NCBI RefSeq assembly: GCF_001594005.1
Contig: NZ_LTBA01000009.1
Location: forward strand, 1-64,000
Length of the DNA: 64,000 nt
Direction: 5' to 3'
DNA from: Clostridium tepidiprofundi DSM 19306
GTDB taxonomy: Bacteria > Bacillota > Clostridia > Clostridiales > Clostridiaceae
Part shown: positions 31,595 through 41,508 of the stretch, piece by piece
How the letters are laid out: each line of letters starts with the position of its first letter
How positions within the stretch are numbered: the stretch's first letter is position 1
Position numbers and translations under genes: made by a program
The notes under the pieces: generated by a model
Told to the model about the DNA's origin: nothing
The model's database searches: none
What the model saw: the letters and a program-made list of their open reading frames with translations, nothing else

Positions 31595-32287
31595 ATGTAT
31601 AAAATTCTTGTTGTTGAAGATGATGAATCATTAGGTAGGGGATTACAATTTGCACTTCAGAAAGAAGGATTTGAAGTTAATTTAGCGAGAACACTATCAG
31701 AAGGTAAAAGTTATTTTTATTCTACAAAAAACGATTTGATTTTGTTAGATGTAATGCTTCCTGATGGAAATGGTTTTGAATTTTGTAAAGAAATAAGGAA
31801 AGAATCTGATATAGCGATTATATTTTTAACGGCATGTGATGAAGAGGTAAATGTTGTACTTGGGTTAGATATTGGGGCAGATGATTATATAACAAAGCCA
31901 TTTAGAGTAAGGGAATTGATATCGAGAATTAAAGCTATTTTAAGAAGAAGTGAAAAGATAAACAAAATGCATACAAATTCTATAAAATGTAATGACTTAG
32001 TGTTTTATTCTTTTGAAAGAAAATTAATTAAAAATGGAAAAGAAATTATGTTAACTACAATGGAATATAAGTTAATCGATATGTTTTTGAATAATCCTAT
32101 GAGAATATTGAGTAGAAATAATATTTTAGAAAAATTGTGGGATTTAAATGGTGAATTCGTTGATGATAATACACTTTCAGTATATATTAGAAGACTTAGA
32201 GAAAAAATTGAGGATGATGCTTCACATCCACAGTACATAACTACAGTTAGAGGAATAGGATATAAATGGAACAAGAGGTGTAGTTAA
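31595..32287 (+). CDS. OmpR-family response regulator
   Basis: Receiver (LVVEDD ... D ... K) plus winged-helix trans_reg_C (TVRGIGYK). Confidence 0.9.
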   Translation: MYKILVVEDDESLGRGLQFALQKEGFEVNLARTLSEGKSYFYSTKNDLILLDVMLPDGNGFEFCKEIRKESDIAIIFLTACDEEVNVVLGLDIGADDYITKPFRVRELISRIKAILRRSEKINKMHTNSIKCNDLVFYSFERKLIKNGKEIMLTTMEYKLIDMFLNNPMRILSRNNILEKLWDLNGEFVDDNTLSVYIRRLREKIEDDASHPQYITTVRGIGYKWNKRCS

Positions 32288-32288
32288 C

Positions 32289-33545
32289 ATGAAGAATTCA
32301 GTTATAAAAAATCCAGAATTTAAAAACATTTTTATTAGTGCGAGTATTATTTTTATAGGTATTAATTTTATTTATATATTGAGTATGTATTTTACTTGGA
32401 CAGGTCTTAATAGAAAAATAATAATGAAAAATTTATGCTATATAGGAAAAGCTGTGAGTAAGAACCCAGAATTAGAGAGTGATATCATGGAATCAATATT
32501 AAATGATGCGGATGATAGGTACATAGAATTGGGAAAATCTATTGCGTCTAAATATGGTTATAAACCCAACATAAAATTAAACATCGCTCCTATTATTTAT
32601 GATTATTATAAGATGAATATTGCATATAATATTATTTTTTTTATAGCCATTATAGCGGCTTTATACATAATTCTTTATAAAAACTTCAAAGTATTATATG
32701 ATAAGTTGAGTTATTTGTGTATATCAACTGAAAAGATAGTAGATGGAAATTTCAAAGTCAAATTGTTTAAGGAAAAAGAGGGAGAACTATCAAAGTTAAA
32801 TTTTGAATTTAATAGAATGTCAAAATGTTTGCAATTGACACTAGAGGAATTACGAGAAGAGAAGAAACTGTTGAAAAATATGATATCTGACATTTCACAT
32901 CAATTAAAAACTCCTCTTACATCTTTGAAGATGTTTAATGAATTACTATTAGATGGTGCAGATGAACAGACAGATGTTAGACGTGAATTCTTGGGGAAAA
33001 GTTTAGTTCAGATAGATAGAATGGAGTGGCTCATACACACATTATTGAAAATGGCAAGATTGGAGACTGGTGTAATTGAACTAAACAAGGAAGAGAGTGA
33101 TTTGTGTGAAGCTATTAAAGAAGAAATAATGTCACTAAATATGAAGATAAAAATGAAAAACATTCAAGTTATTACTAATGGGCTAGATAAGCCACTTTAC
33201 TTAAAATTCGATAAAAAATGGATGGGTGAGGCTATTAGAAATGTGATTAATAATGCAGTAGTGTATACTCCAAATTACGGAACAATAACTATTTCAGCAG
33301 AGAAGAAAGAAGGCATAATAAGAATAATTATTGAAGATACAGGTATAGGTATATCGAAAGAAGATTTACCACATATATTTAGTAGATTTTATCAGGGAAA
33401 GAATAGTAAAACTATGTCACAAAATGGAAGTGGAGTTGGATTGTCTTTAACTAAATTAATAATTGAAAAGCATAATGGAGTTATTGAGGTAAATAGTTTT
33501 TTAGGTGAAGGCAGTACATTTAAGTTTATATTACCAATGGAGTGA
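32289..33545 (+). CDS. sensor histidine kinase (two TM segments, HisKA + HATPase_c)
   Basis: H-box SHQLKTPLTSL, N-box and G2 box GSGVGLSL. Confidence 0.9.
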   Translation: MKNSVIKNPEFKNIFISASIIFIGINFIYILSMYFTWTGLNRKIIMKNLCYIGKAVSKNPELESDIMESILNDADDRYIELGKSIASKYGYKPNIKLNIAPIIYDYYKMNIAYNIIFFIAIIAALYIILYKNFKVLYDKLSYLCISTEKIVDGNFKVKLFKEKEGELSKLNFEFNRMSKCLQLTLEELREEKKLLKNMISDISHQLKTPLTSLKMFNELLLDGADEQTDVRREFLGKSLVQIDRMEWLIHTLLKMARLETGVIELNKEESDLCEAIKEEIMSLNMKIKMKNIQVITNGLDKPLYLKFDKKWMGEAIRNVINNAVVYTPNYGTITISAEKKEGIIRIIIEDTGIGISKEDLPHIFSRFYQGKNSKTMSQNGSGVGLSLTKLIIEKHNGVIEVNSFLGEGSTFKFILPME

Positions 33546-33607
33546 ACTAGTTTTTTAAAGTAAAACATTGAGACTTTGTATAAATATTGATGTTTTGGAG
33601 TGAAAAT

Positions 33608-34270
33608 ATGAATATATTAAGGACTTGTAATTTAACTAAGATATATGGAAAAGGTGCAGCAAAAGTAGAGGCAATTAAAAATGTTAATATTTCGGTTGAA
33701 GCTGGAGAATTTGTAGCTATAATGGGACCAAGCGGTTCGGGCAAGAGTACATTGCTTCATATGATAGGTGGATTGGACAAGTCCACATCAGGAAATGTTT
33801 TTATAGATGATGAAGATATATATTTACTTAAAGAAGAAGAACTATCTATTTTCAGGAGAAGAAATGTAGGATTTATTTTTCAGTTTTGCGATCTCATACC
33901 TTCACTTACAGTTGAAGAAAATATACTGCTTCCATTATTGCTTGATAATAAACATTGGGATAGAAAATATTTTGATGAAATCGTTAATTTGCTTGGAATA
34001 AGTGAAAAATGCAATAGTCTTCCTAATACATTGTCAGGAGGACAAAAGCAAAGAACATCAATAGCAAGGGCGTTAATGTCAAAACCATTGATTATTTTAG
34101 CGGATGAACCAACTGGTAATTTAGATACTAAAAATAGTGAAAATGTATTAGACTTACTTCAACTTACCGTTAAAAGATATCATCAGACATTGATTATGAT
34201 AACACATGATCAGTATATTGCAAAACGTGCTGATAGAATTATAAACATTATAGATGGACAGGTTATCTAA
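33608..34270 (+). CDS. ABC transporter ATP-binding protein (MacB/BceA-like)
   Basis: GPSGSGKST, LSGGQKQR, ILADEPTGNLD; start at MNILRT. Confidence 0.85.
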   Translation: MNILRTCNLTKIYGKGAAKVEAIKNVNISVEAGEFVAIMGPSGSGKSTLLHMIGGLDKSTSGNVFIDDEDIYLLKEEELSIFRRRNVGFIFQFCDLIPSLTVEENILLPLLLDNKHWDRKYFDEIVNLLGISEKCNSLPNTLSGGQKQRTSIARALMSKPLIILADEPTGNLDTKNSENVLDLLQLTVKRYHQTLIMITHDQYIAKRADRIINIIDGQVI

Positions 34271-34286
34271 AAAAGGTGATGGTAAA

Positions 34287-36752
34287 ATGGATAATTATTT
34301 ATGCATAATGCTGAAATTCATAGTAAGAGAAAATAAAAGAACATTACTAAAATGTTGTAGTATTTTTTTATCATCATTGCTTATAACAGCTATATTTTTT
34401 ATAGTTATAAATATAAAGAATAGTCAAATAGAGCAAGCAAAGAAAGTAAGTGGTGATTATCACGTAGAAATTAGAAATATTAACGTTAACAAAATAAATG
34501 TATTAAAAAATCATATAAATGTTGATGAAATTGGTATAAAAAAAGAACTTGTAACTTCTCAACTAACTCAAAATATGATTTTTGTTGATATAGGTTATTA
34601 TGATGAGAATGCATTAAAAATGCTTAATGCACAAATAATAAAGGGCAGATTACCTAAAAATGAAAATGAGATTGTTTTAGAGGAGTCTGTAGTAAAGCGA
34701 TTATGTTTAGATGAAAAATTGGATCAGATTGTATGTTTGTTCTTTCCAAAACAGAAGTATGTTACTCAATATGGAGGCATATCAGAGAGAGAAATGTCTA
34801 TTTATTACAAATTGGTAGGGATATTAAAAGATAGGCCTCAAGAAAAGGTGACAATAAATACACTCGGTTTGGTATCAGCGGATTCAATTGATAATTTTAA
34901 TCTTGCAGATATAAATTATGATATATATGTAAGAATTAAAGATAATTTATCTATATATAATGCTATTGATGAAATAAAGAATGATTTAAATATTAGTAAA
35001 AAAGATATTTATTACAATACTGAGCTAATAAATAAGGTAAATGTGGATGTATACAAAAATACACATTTAATAGTGTGTTTAATTGCTATACTTGTTGCTT
35101 CAGGATTAATGCTTAATATTTTTAATATTTCAGACATAGGTACTTTTAGAAAAATTGGATTGCTTTATTCTATTGGTATGACATATAAGCAAATTAGGCG
35201 GATTTTCTTAATTGAGATATTAATTCTATCTATGATGAGCATACCATTTGGAGTATTAGTAGGTACAGAGATATCAAAATTATTGGTAGTTAAATTATTA
35301 CATTTTCAAAACGGTATATCATGTGTAAAAATAGATGGAAGATTTATAGGTATAAGTGTAGTAGCTAGTTTTGTTTCAATAATGCTTGCAATAATTATAC
35401 CCATTATAAAGATAAGATCATATTCAATAGCCGATTTGTTGAAACTTAATATGTGCATTGAAGAACACAAATATTATGATGAAAAAACTATAAAAAATAG
35501 CGTTATGAATTTATTTGGAATAAATACGAAAATTGCATATAGAAATGTGTGGAGAAATAGAAGAAGAGCAATTTTGACAATAGTATCTTTAAGTTCTGCA
35601 ATTATGTTATTTATTATGATAAGTTCTGTTTGCTATAGTTTTAATCCAATTGAAATTGCAAGAAAATATAATGTTTCTGATTATATTATAAAAGGATTTG
35701 AAAATACAGGGTATTTGATGAATGATTATTCTAAAATAGCTTCGCTAAAAGGTGTAGAAAAGATATATAGAACCCATATGGATACTATTTATGTAAAAGT
35801 AAAAGTAAGCAATAACTTCAAGGGAGAAAGTGAAGTAAATACATTTGAGTATAAAAGAATTAATAGACATAATCAATATACATTGTTTAAGGGTAATCTT
35901 TATGGATACACTAATGAAACATTAAAGTTAGCAAAAGATGATATTATTAGTGGCTATATTAATATAGATAACATGAAAAATAGCAATATTGTTATAATGG
36001 TTAAAGATGATTATTCGAATGATTTAGATTTAAAAGTTGGAGATGATATTGTTATACTAAACAATGACAAAAAATTAAAGTGCAAGATAGGAGCTATTGT
36101 TTCATATCTTCCTATAAGAATACTTGGTGAAAGCAATGGGCCGAGTTTTGTTGTTCATGAAAATATTTATAGTAAATTTATAGGAGCTAAAACATATAGT
36201 CAATTTAATATAGATATTATTGATGATGCGGATAAGCAAACACTGGAAGTACTTAGCAATAATTTTAATAGCATTGCTCATAATATCACTGATGGTTCTG
36301 TTGTTTCTTTTAGAGAAGAAATAAAAAAATACGAAGGCTATAAAAGACAAATAAATATTTTATTTTTGAGTTTAATGACAATTATTATTGGAGTTGGTAT
36401 ATTCAGTATTATGAATACAGTAAATATAAATATGACTTTAAGAATTAAGGAATTTGCGTTGTTTAGGACGTATGGTATGACAAAAGGACAACTGAGGAAA
36501 ACAGTAATTATGGAAGGGATTATATATGGAGTTTTTAGTTCGTTTTGGGGAACTGTAATGGGGGTTATTTTTTCAAAGATTGTGTTTATATTTATGAGCA
36601 AGTATTTTCCGTATGTGCCGTGGAGTATATGGTTAAAATCAATTGTCTATGCATGTATAGGGTGTGTTTCATTGAGTATATTATCGTCTATTATACCGTT
36701 AATTAATTTTCATAAAGTTAGAGTAGTTGATGTAATAAGAAATGATAGATAA
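34287..36752 (+). CDS. ABC transporter permease, FtsX-like (two FtsX domains with large extracytoplasmic regions; BceB-like)
   Basis: About 820 aa, TM clusters at the N-terminus, middle and C-terminus, translationally coupled to the ATPase. Confidence 0.75.
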   Translation: MDNYLCIMLKFIVRENKRTLLKCCSIFLSSLLITAIFFIVINIKNSQIEQAKKVSGDYHVEIRNINVNKINVLKNHINVDEIGIKKELVTSQLTQNMIFVDIGYYDENALKMLNAQIIKGRLPKNENEIVLEESVVKRLCLDEKLDQIVCLFFPKQKYVTQYGGISEREMSIYYKLVGILKDRPQEKVTINTLGLVSADSIDNFNLADINYDIYVRIKDNLSIYNAIDEIKNDLNISKKDIYYNTELINKVNVDVYKNTHLIVCLIAILVASGLMLNIFNISDIGTFRKIGLLYSIGMTYKQIRRIFLIEILILSMMSIPFGVLVGTEISKLLVVKLLHFQNGISCVKIDGRFIGISVVASFVSIMLAIIIPIIKIRSYSIADLLKLNMCIEEHKYYDEKTIKNSVMNLFGINTKIAYRNVWRNRRRAILTIVSLSSAIMLFIMISSVCYSFNPIEIARKYNVSDYIIKGFENTGYLMNDYSKIASLKGVEKIYRTHMDTIYVKVKVSNNFKGESEVNTFEYKRINRHNQYTLFKGNLYGYTNETLKLAKDDIISGYINIDNMKNSNIVIMVKDDYSNDLDLKVGDDIVILNNDKKLKCKIGAIVSYLPIRILGESNGPSFVVHENIYSKFIGAKTYSQFNIDIIDDADKQTLEVLSNNFNSIAHNITDGSVVSFREEIKKYEGYKRQINILFLSLMTIIIGVGIFSIMNTVNINMTLRIKEFALFRTYGMTKGQLRKTVIMEGIIYGVFSSFWGTVMGVIFSKIVFIFMSKYFPYVPWSIWLKSIVYACIGCVSLSILSSIIPLINFHKVRVVDVIRNDR

Positions 36753-36778
36753 TATTTTGTTTATGGAGTGAAGAAAGC

Positions 36779-38485
36779 ATGAAAAACAAGTTTGATTTAT
36801 TAAATGAATTAAAAAGAATAAATGGTAAAGGGTATAAAGCATATAAAGATATTCAAGGAATGTATGAGTTTGATAAGTATATTCTCAGTATAGATTATGT
36901 TCAGGGGGATCCTTTTGCGTCACCTTCGAGAATTAGAGTTATTATAAAACAAAAATATGCAGGATTTCCGTATGAATTATTTGATAAGGAGCATAAAAAA
37001 ATAGCAGTTGTAGATCATTTAACACGTTTATTTTATAGTAATTTAATAAAATATTATAACAGAATCAGTGGTTCTGGGAAAAGTGGATTGATAAGCATAG
37101 ATGTGTGTGGTCAAGAGATTTTGGATAGAACATCAATTTTTATAAATAAGGAAAAAGTGGAAGTTAGGTTAGAAATAGGTCTTCCTGCGTCAGGGAGAAG
37201 AATATTGGCTGATAGAGCAGAAGATATGTTATTGACTGTTTTACCTAGTATAATTGAAAAAACTTTATTTTATAACAATATAAACAAAAAAGCATTGATT
37301 AAGCATATTCAGTTAATTGAAGATCAAGTGTTCATAAGAGAGCAATTAAAACAAAAAAAATTGATTGCATTTATAGCAGATGGAGCAATATTGCCTAGAG
37401 AAAGTGGAGTATCAGATAAACCTATGAAAAAGGGAAGTATACCTTTTAAGTCACCTGAATCGCTTAAAAAGAGTTTTGACTTACCTAATAGAGGAGAAAT
37501 CATAGGAATGGCAATACCAGAAGGCGTTACATTAATAGTAGGTGGAGGATATCATGGTAAATCTACACTGCTTAAAGCATTGGAATTGGGTGTATATAAT
37601 CATATAGAAGGGGATGGGCGTGAGTTTGTAATTACTGAAGAAACAGCTGTTAAAATAAGAGCGGAAGATGGAAGAAGAATTGAAAAAGTTAATATTACAC
37701 CATTTATAACTAATCTACCAAATGGCAAGGATACATATAAGTTTTGTACTGAGAATGCCAGTGGAAGCACCTCACAGGCTGCAAATATAATGGAAGCAAT
37801 AGAGATAAACTCAAAAGTATTGCTTATTGATGAAGATACAAGTGCTACAAATTTTATGATAAGAGATAAAAAAATGCAGAGATTGGTTAACAGAGATAAA
37901 GAGCCTATTACTCCCTTTATTGATAGGGTAAGGAGCTTGTACAATAAAAATAATATTTCTACTATTGTAGTTGTAGGTAGTTCTGGAGAGTATTTTAATA
38001 AGGCTGATACTGTTATAATGATGGATGAGTATATACCTAAGGATGTTACAGACATAGCAAAAAAGATAGCTAATAATACGTACGAAATGGTACATGATAG
38101 CAATGATGATAGCTATTCAATTAATAACAGCCGTGTGGTTCTAAAATCAAGTTTTTCTAAAGAGTATAAAGGAGTAAAATTAAAAACTAGAGGATTGAAC
38201 ACAATTATATACAATAAAGATTCTATTGAATTGAATTATGTTGAACAGCTAGTACATAGTAGTCAAACAAAGTGCATTGCTAATATTATTTATTATATTA
38301 TGAACAATATAGTAGATAATAAGAAAAATATGAGTGAAATTGTTAATGAAGTTTATTCTTTAATTAAGAAAAATGGTTTAGAAGTGGTTTCAAGTTATAA
38401 AGGACACCCAGGGAATATGGCATTACCAAGAAAATTTGAAATAGCAGCAACTTTAAATAGATTTAGGAATTTGCATATTAAGTAA
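36779..38485 (+). CDS. predicted ATPase of the ABC class (COG3044-like, ABC-ATPase domain protein)
   Basis: 568 aa, Walker A GGGYHGKSTLL, Walker B-like VLLIDEDTSATNF; family call from memory of length and motif layout. Confidence 0.55.
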   Translation: MKNKFDLLNELKRINGKGYKAYKDIQGMYEFDKYILSIDYVQGDPFASPSRIRVIIKQKYAGFPYELFDKEHKKIAVVDHLTRLFYSNLIKYYNRISGSGKSGLISIDVCGQEILDRTSIFINKEKVEVRLEIGLPASGRRILADRAEDMLLTVLPSIIEKTLFYNNINKKALIKHIQLIEDQVFIREQLKQKKLIAFIADGAILPRESGVSDKPMKKGSIPFKSPESLKKSFDLPNRGEIIGMAIPEGVTLIVGGGYHGKSTLLKALELGVYNHIEGDGREFVITEETAVKIRAEDGRRIEKVNITPFITNLPNGKDTYKFCTENASGSTSQAANIMEAIEINSKVLLIDEDTSATNFMIRDKKMQRLVNRDKEPITPFIDRVRSLYNKNNISTIVVVGSSGEYFNKADTVIMMDEYIPKDVTDIAKKIANNTYEMVHDSNDDSYSINNSRVVLKSSFSKEYKGVKLKTRGLNTIIYNKDSIELNYVEQLVHSSQTKCIANIIYYIMNNIVDNKKNMSEIVNEVYSLIKKNGLEVVSSYKGHPGNMALPRKFEIAATLNRFRNLHIK

Positions 38486-38558
38486 TTCAAAATAATGGTA
38501 CAAAATATCAATAAATGAATAAAATAATAGTGTATTAATTTATTGATGAGGGAGTTAT

Positions 38559-39080
38559 ATGAGTTATACAACAAAAGGCATACCACAAGGTAGAGCATAT
38601 TATTGGCTTAATAAAGTTAGGGAGTCTGCTATTGGAGAGCTCGTTGCTATAAACGAGTACAGAGATCACATATCAAAGTCAAATGTGGAGGAAATAAACG
38701 ATTTGTGGCGGCATATAATGAGAGAAGAAAAAAGACATTATGGTATGTTTTTAGAAATTATAAGAATGTATGATATGCAAGAAATGAATAAATTCATCAA
38801 AGTAAAAGAGCATGGTACCTGTATTGAAAAAGAAAAAGTACATTGTTATAAAATTGATAGTAAAGAATGCATACTTAACCTTTTAAGAACTGACATAAAA
38901 GGTGAACTTGAAGCTATTATACTATATGAGCAGCAGATGGTGGAAATACCTGAATTGAGAGTTAGAGAAGTTTACAGGCATATTGTTGGTGATGAAAAAA
39001 AACATGTTGAGGAATTAACAGCAATGCTTATGAAATACGATAGAGATAATTATGGTGCTATAGAAAAATTTAATATTTAA
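38559..39080 (+). CDS. ferritin-like four-helix-bundle protein with two ExxH motifs
   Basis: REEKRHYGM and GDEKKHVEEL, the diiron-carboxylate motif pair. Confidence 0.45.
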   Translation: MSYTTKGIPQGRAYYWLNKVRESAIGELVAINEYRDHISKSNVEEINDLWRHIMREEKRHYGMFLEIIRMYDMQEMNKFIKVKEHGTCIEKEKVHCYKIDSKECILNLLRTDIKGELEAIILYEQQMVEIPELRVREVYRHIVGDEKKHVEELTAMLMKYDRDNYGAIEKFNI

Positions 39081-39086
39081 AATTCT

Positions 39087-39112
39087 GGGCGAGTAATCTA
39101 CTCGCCTTAATT
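39087..39112. terminator. bidirectional terminator gggcgagta / tactcgcc
   Basis: 8-bp GC stem between convergent genes. Confidence 0.65.
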
Positions 39113-39121
39113 TGTATTCGC

Positions 39122-39472
39122 TCAAGTGGATTTTGATGAATATTTAGGTTGGACAGATGACACGAACCAGTTATTGTTAGAATCTTTTTCTAGGAAAAAG
39201 TATATTATTTCATTTCTTCCTGTATATGCTGTGTATCTGTATATATCAAATCTATATCCATATCCATCATAGAATTTTTTGGTGTTTTTGATTTTTATTT
39301 TTTCGGCAGCAGATTGTCCATCTCTTTGCTTAACAAAATCATAAATAGCTTTACCAGGACCAGAAGAAACATCAGTGATAATGACATTTTTATAATTAAT
39401 GTACTCAAATATTCCAATTAATATTAAAATAAAACAAATAAAAAGAAATAATGTTGAATGGTTTTTTTTCAT
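39122..39472 (-). CDS. hypothetical secreted/membrane-anchored protein (signal anchor, 116 aa)
   Basis: N-terminal hydrophobic segment LFLFICFILILIGIF; no recognisable motif. Confidence 0.45.
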   Translation of the reverse strand: MKKNHSTLFLFICFILILIGIFEYINYKNVIITDVSSGPGKAIYDFVKQRDGQSAAEKIKIKNTKKFYDGYGYRFDIYRYTAYTGRNEIIYFFLEKDSNNNWFVSSVQPKYSSKST

Positions 39473-39613
39473 ATGATTACCTCCTATAGCATATACTTCA
39501 TTGACTATATAATTATATCACAAATTAACAGAAAATTTTAATAGTTCTAATAATATTTTTGTAATTAATATTTTTCGATATTTTGAGAAGACTATGAGTT
39601 ATATTGAAAAATA

Positions 39614-39674
39614 TTGACAAAAATTTTTTAATATTGTATACTTTGATTATCAAAATAATTGATTATCAAAATAA
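39614..39674 (+). promoter_or_regulatory. fab promoter (TTGACA, 17 nt, TATACT) immediately followed by two tandem copies of TTGATTATCAAAATAA (palindromic half-sites TTGAT/ATCAA); candidate FabT operator
   Basis: Exact 16-bp direct repeat at 39643-39658 and 39659-39674, abutting the -10. Confidence 0.5.
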
Positions 39675-39697
39675 ATACTGTTTAAGTGGTGAATTAA

Positions 39698-40150
39698 ATG
39701 ACTAAAAGTGTTAGTGTATTAAATGAATTATTAATAGAATTGTTCAATGATATATTAATTATTGAACAAAACACATTAAAAGATGGAAAATTTAAAGATA
39801 TATCTATTACAGAGATACATACCATTGAAGCGATTGGAATGTACAAAAGCAGGACTATGTCCGAAATTGCACAGGATTTAAATATTACAGTTGGTACATT
39901 AACGATAGCTATTAATAATTTGGTTAGAAAAGGGTATGCTGTAAGAGAGAGAAGTGAAAAAGACAGAAGAGTTGTTATGGTTAGTCTAACAAGAAAAGGT
40001 AAACTTGCATATAGACTGCACGAAAAATTTCATTCTGATATGATTAAATACACAATAGAGGGATTGAATGAGACAGAGGAAGCTATATTGATTAATTCTT
40101 TGGAGAAATTAAACAATTACCTAAAACAGAAATACAATTTGAAAGATTAA
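39698..40150 (+). CDS. fabT: MarR-family transcriptional regulator, FabT-like
   Basis: wHTH MarR core (ITVGTLTIAINNLVRKGY...R...DRR), positioned first in the FASII cluster as in streptococci and clostridia. Confidence 0.7.
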   Translation: MTKSVSVLNELLIELFNDILIIEQNTLKDGKFKDISITEIHTIEAIGMYKSRTMSEIAQDLNITVGTLTIAINNLVRKGYAVRERSEKDRRVVMVSLTRKGKLAYRLHEKFHSDMIKYTIEGLNETEEAILINSLEKLNNYLKQKYNLKD

Positions 40151-40170
40151 AAGAAAGAAGGCATTATGAT

Positions 40171-41154
40171 ATGGGTTATGCTAAGATTATTGGGGTTGGT
40201 AAATACCTTCCAGATAATGTTGTAACGAATGAATATTTAAGTACCATAGTTGAAACAAATGATGAATGGATAAGTACAAGAACGGGAATGAAGGAAAGAA
40301 GAATCACTACTGGTGAGGATACAACGGATTTAGCTGTGGAAGCTGCTAAAAATGCATTATATAATGCAGGAATATCTGCTGAGGAAATTGATTTGATTAT
40401 TGTTGCTACAACTTCTCCGGATTCGTTGATTCCATGTATGGCATGTAGAGTTCAGGAACAAATAGGAGCAGTAAATGCTGCTGCATTTGATTTGACAGCT
40501 GCATGTTCAGGACTTATATATGGATTAAACATAGGAAAGAATTTTATATGTTCTGGTCAATTTAAAAAAGTACTAGTGATTGGTTCAGAAGTATTATCAA
40601 AGATAGTGGATTGGACTGATAGAAATACATGTGTGCTCTTTGGAGATGGAGCTTCAGCTCTAGTTATTGCAGAGAGTGAAGACATTGACGGAATAAAGAG
40701 CGTACATATTGGAGCAGATGGTAGTAAGGGAAAGTATCTTACTTGTTCAGCTTTAAAATTGGAAAATATTTTTGTTAATGATGATAAAGAATACGATAAT
40801 AAAATAAGAATGAATGGTAAGGAAATTTTTAAATTTGCTGTTAACATAATTAGCGACAGTATAAGGCAAATTCTTGATGAAAATAATCTATCAATGGATG
40901 ATATAAAGTATGTTGTATGTCATCAAGCGAATTCTAGAATTATCGAATTTGCGGCTAAAAGGTTAAATGCAGATGTTAAAAAATTTTATATGGACATGGA
41001 TAAGTTCGGAAATACATCTAGTGCTAGCATAGGGATAGCATTAGATGATATTGTAAAAGATGGTATGCTTAATAAAGGTGATAAAGTAATTATTGCTGGC
41101 TTTGGTGGAGGTTTGACTTGGGGTAGTGCACTTATTGAGTGGGCAATAGAGTAG
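40171..41154 (+). CDS. fabH: 3-oxoacyl-ACP synthase III
   Basis: Active-site AACSG ... H ... N blocks; N-terminal IGVGKYLPD. Confidence 0.9.
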   Translation: MGYAKIIGVGKYLPDNVVTNEYLSTIVETNDEWISTRTGMKERRITTGEDTTDLAVEAAKNALYNAGISAEEIDLIIVATTSPDSLIPCMACRVQEQIGAVNAAAFDLTAACSGLIYGLNIGKNFICSGQFKKVLVIGSEVLSKIVDWTDRNTCVLFGDGASALVIAESEDIDGIKSVHIGADGSKGKYLTCSALKLENIFVNDDKEYDNKIRMNGKEIFKFAVNIISDSIRQILDENNLSMDDIKYVVCHQANSRIIEFAAKRLNADVKKFYMDMDKFGNTSSASIGIALDDIVKDGMLNKGDKVIIAGFGGGLTWGSALIEWAIE

Positions 41155-41193
41155 AAATATAGATATTAATTAAATTTACAGGAGGAATTTAAA

Positions 41194-41424
41194 ATGATTC
41201 TTGAAAAAGTAAAAAACATAATAGTTGATCAATTAGGAGTAGATGAAGAAGAGGTAAAATTAGAGGCAAATTTAATTGATGATTTAGGAGTAGATTCATT
41301 GGAAATATTTGAAATAGTAATGTCTTTAGAAGATGAGTTTGGCATTGAAATACCTAATGAAGATATAGAAGGTATTAAAACTGTTAAGGAAATTGTTGAT
41401 TATATCGAAAGAAGAACAAAATAG
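41194..41424 (+). CDS. acpP: acyl carrier protein
   Basis: [14 protein letters not shown] phosphopantetheine-attachment motif. Confidence 0.9.
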   Translation: MILEKVKNIIVDQLGVDEEEVKLEANLIDDLGVDSLEIFEIVMSLEDEFGIEIPNEDIEGIKTVKEIVDYIERRTK

Positions 41425-41508
41425 ATACTTGATATGAAATGCGTGGTATACAAGATTTTTGTATGCCATTTTTAAGAATTTTCAAGAGAATGTGAAGGAG
41501 AGAGAAAC

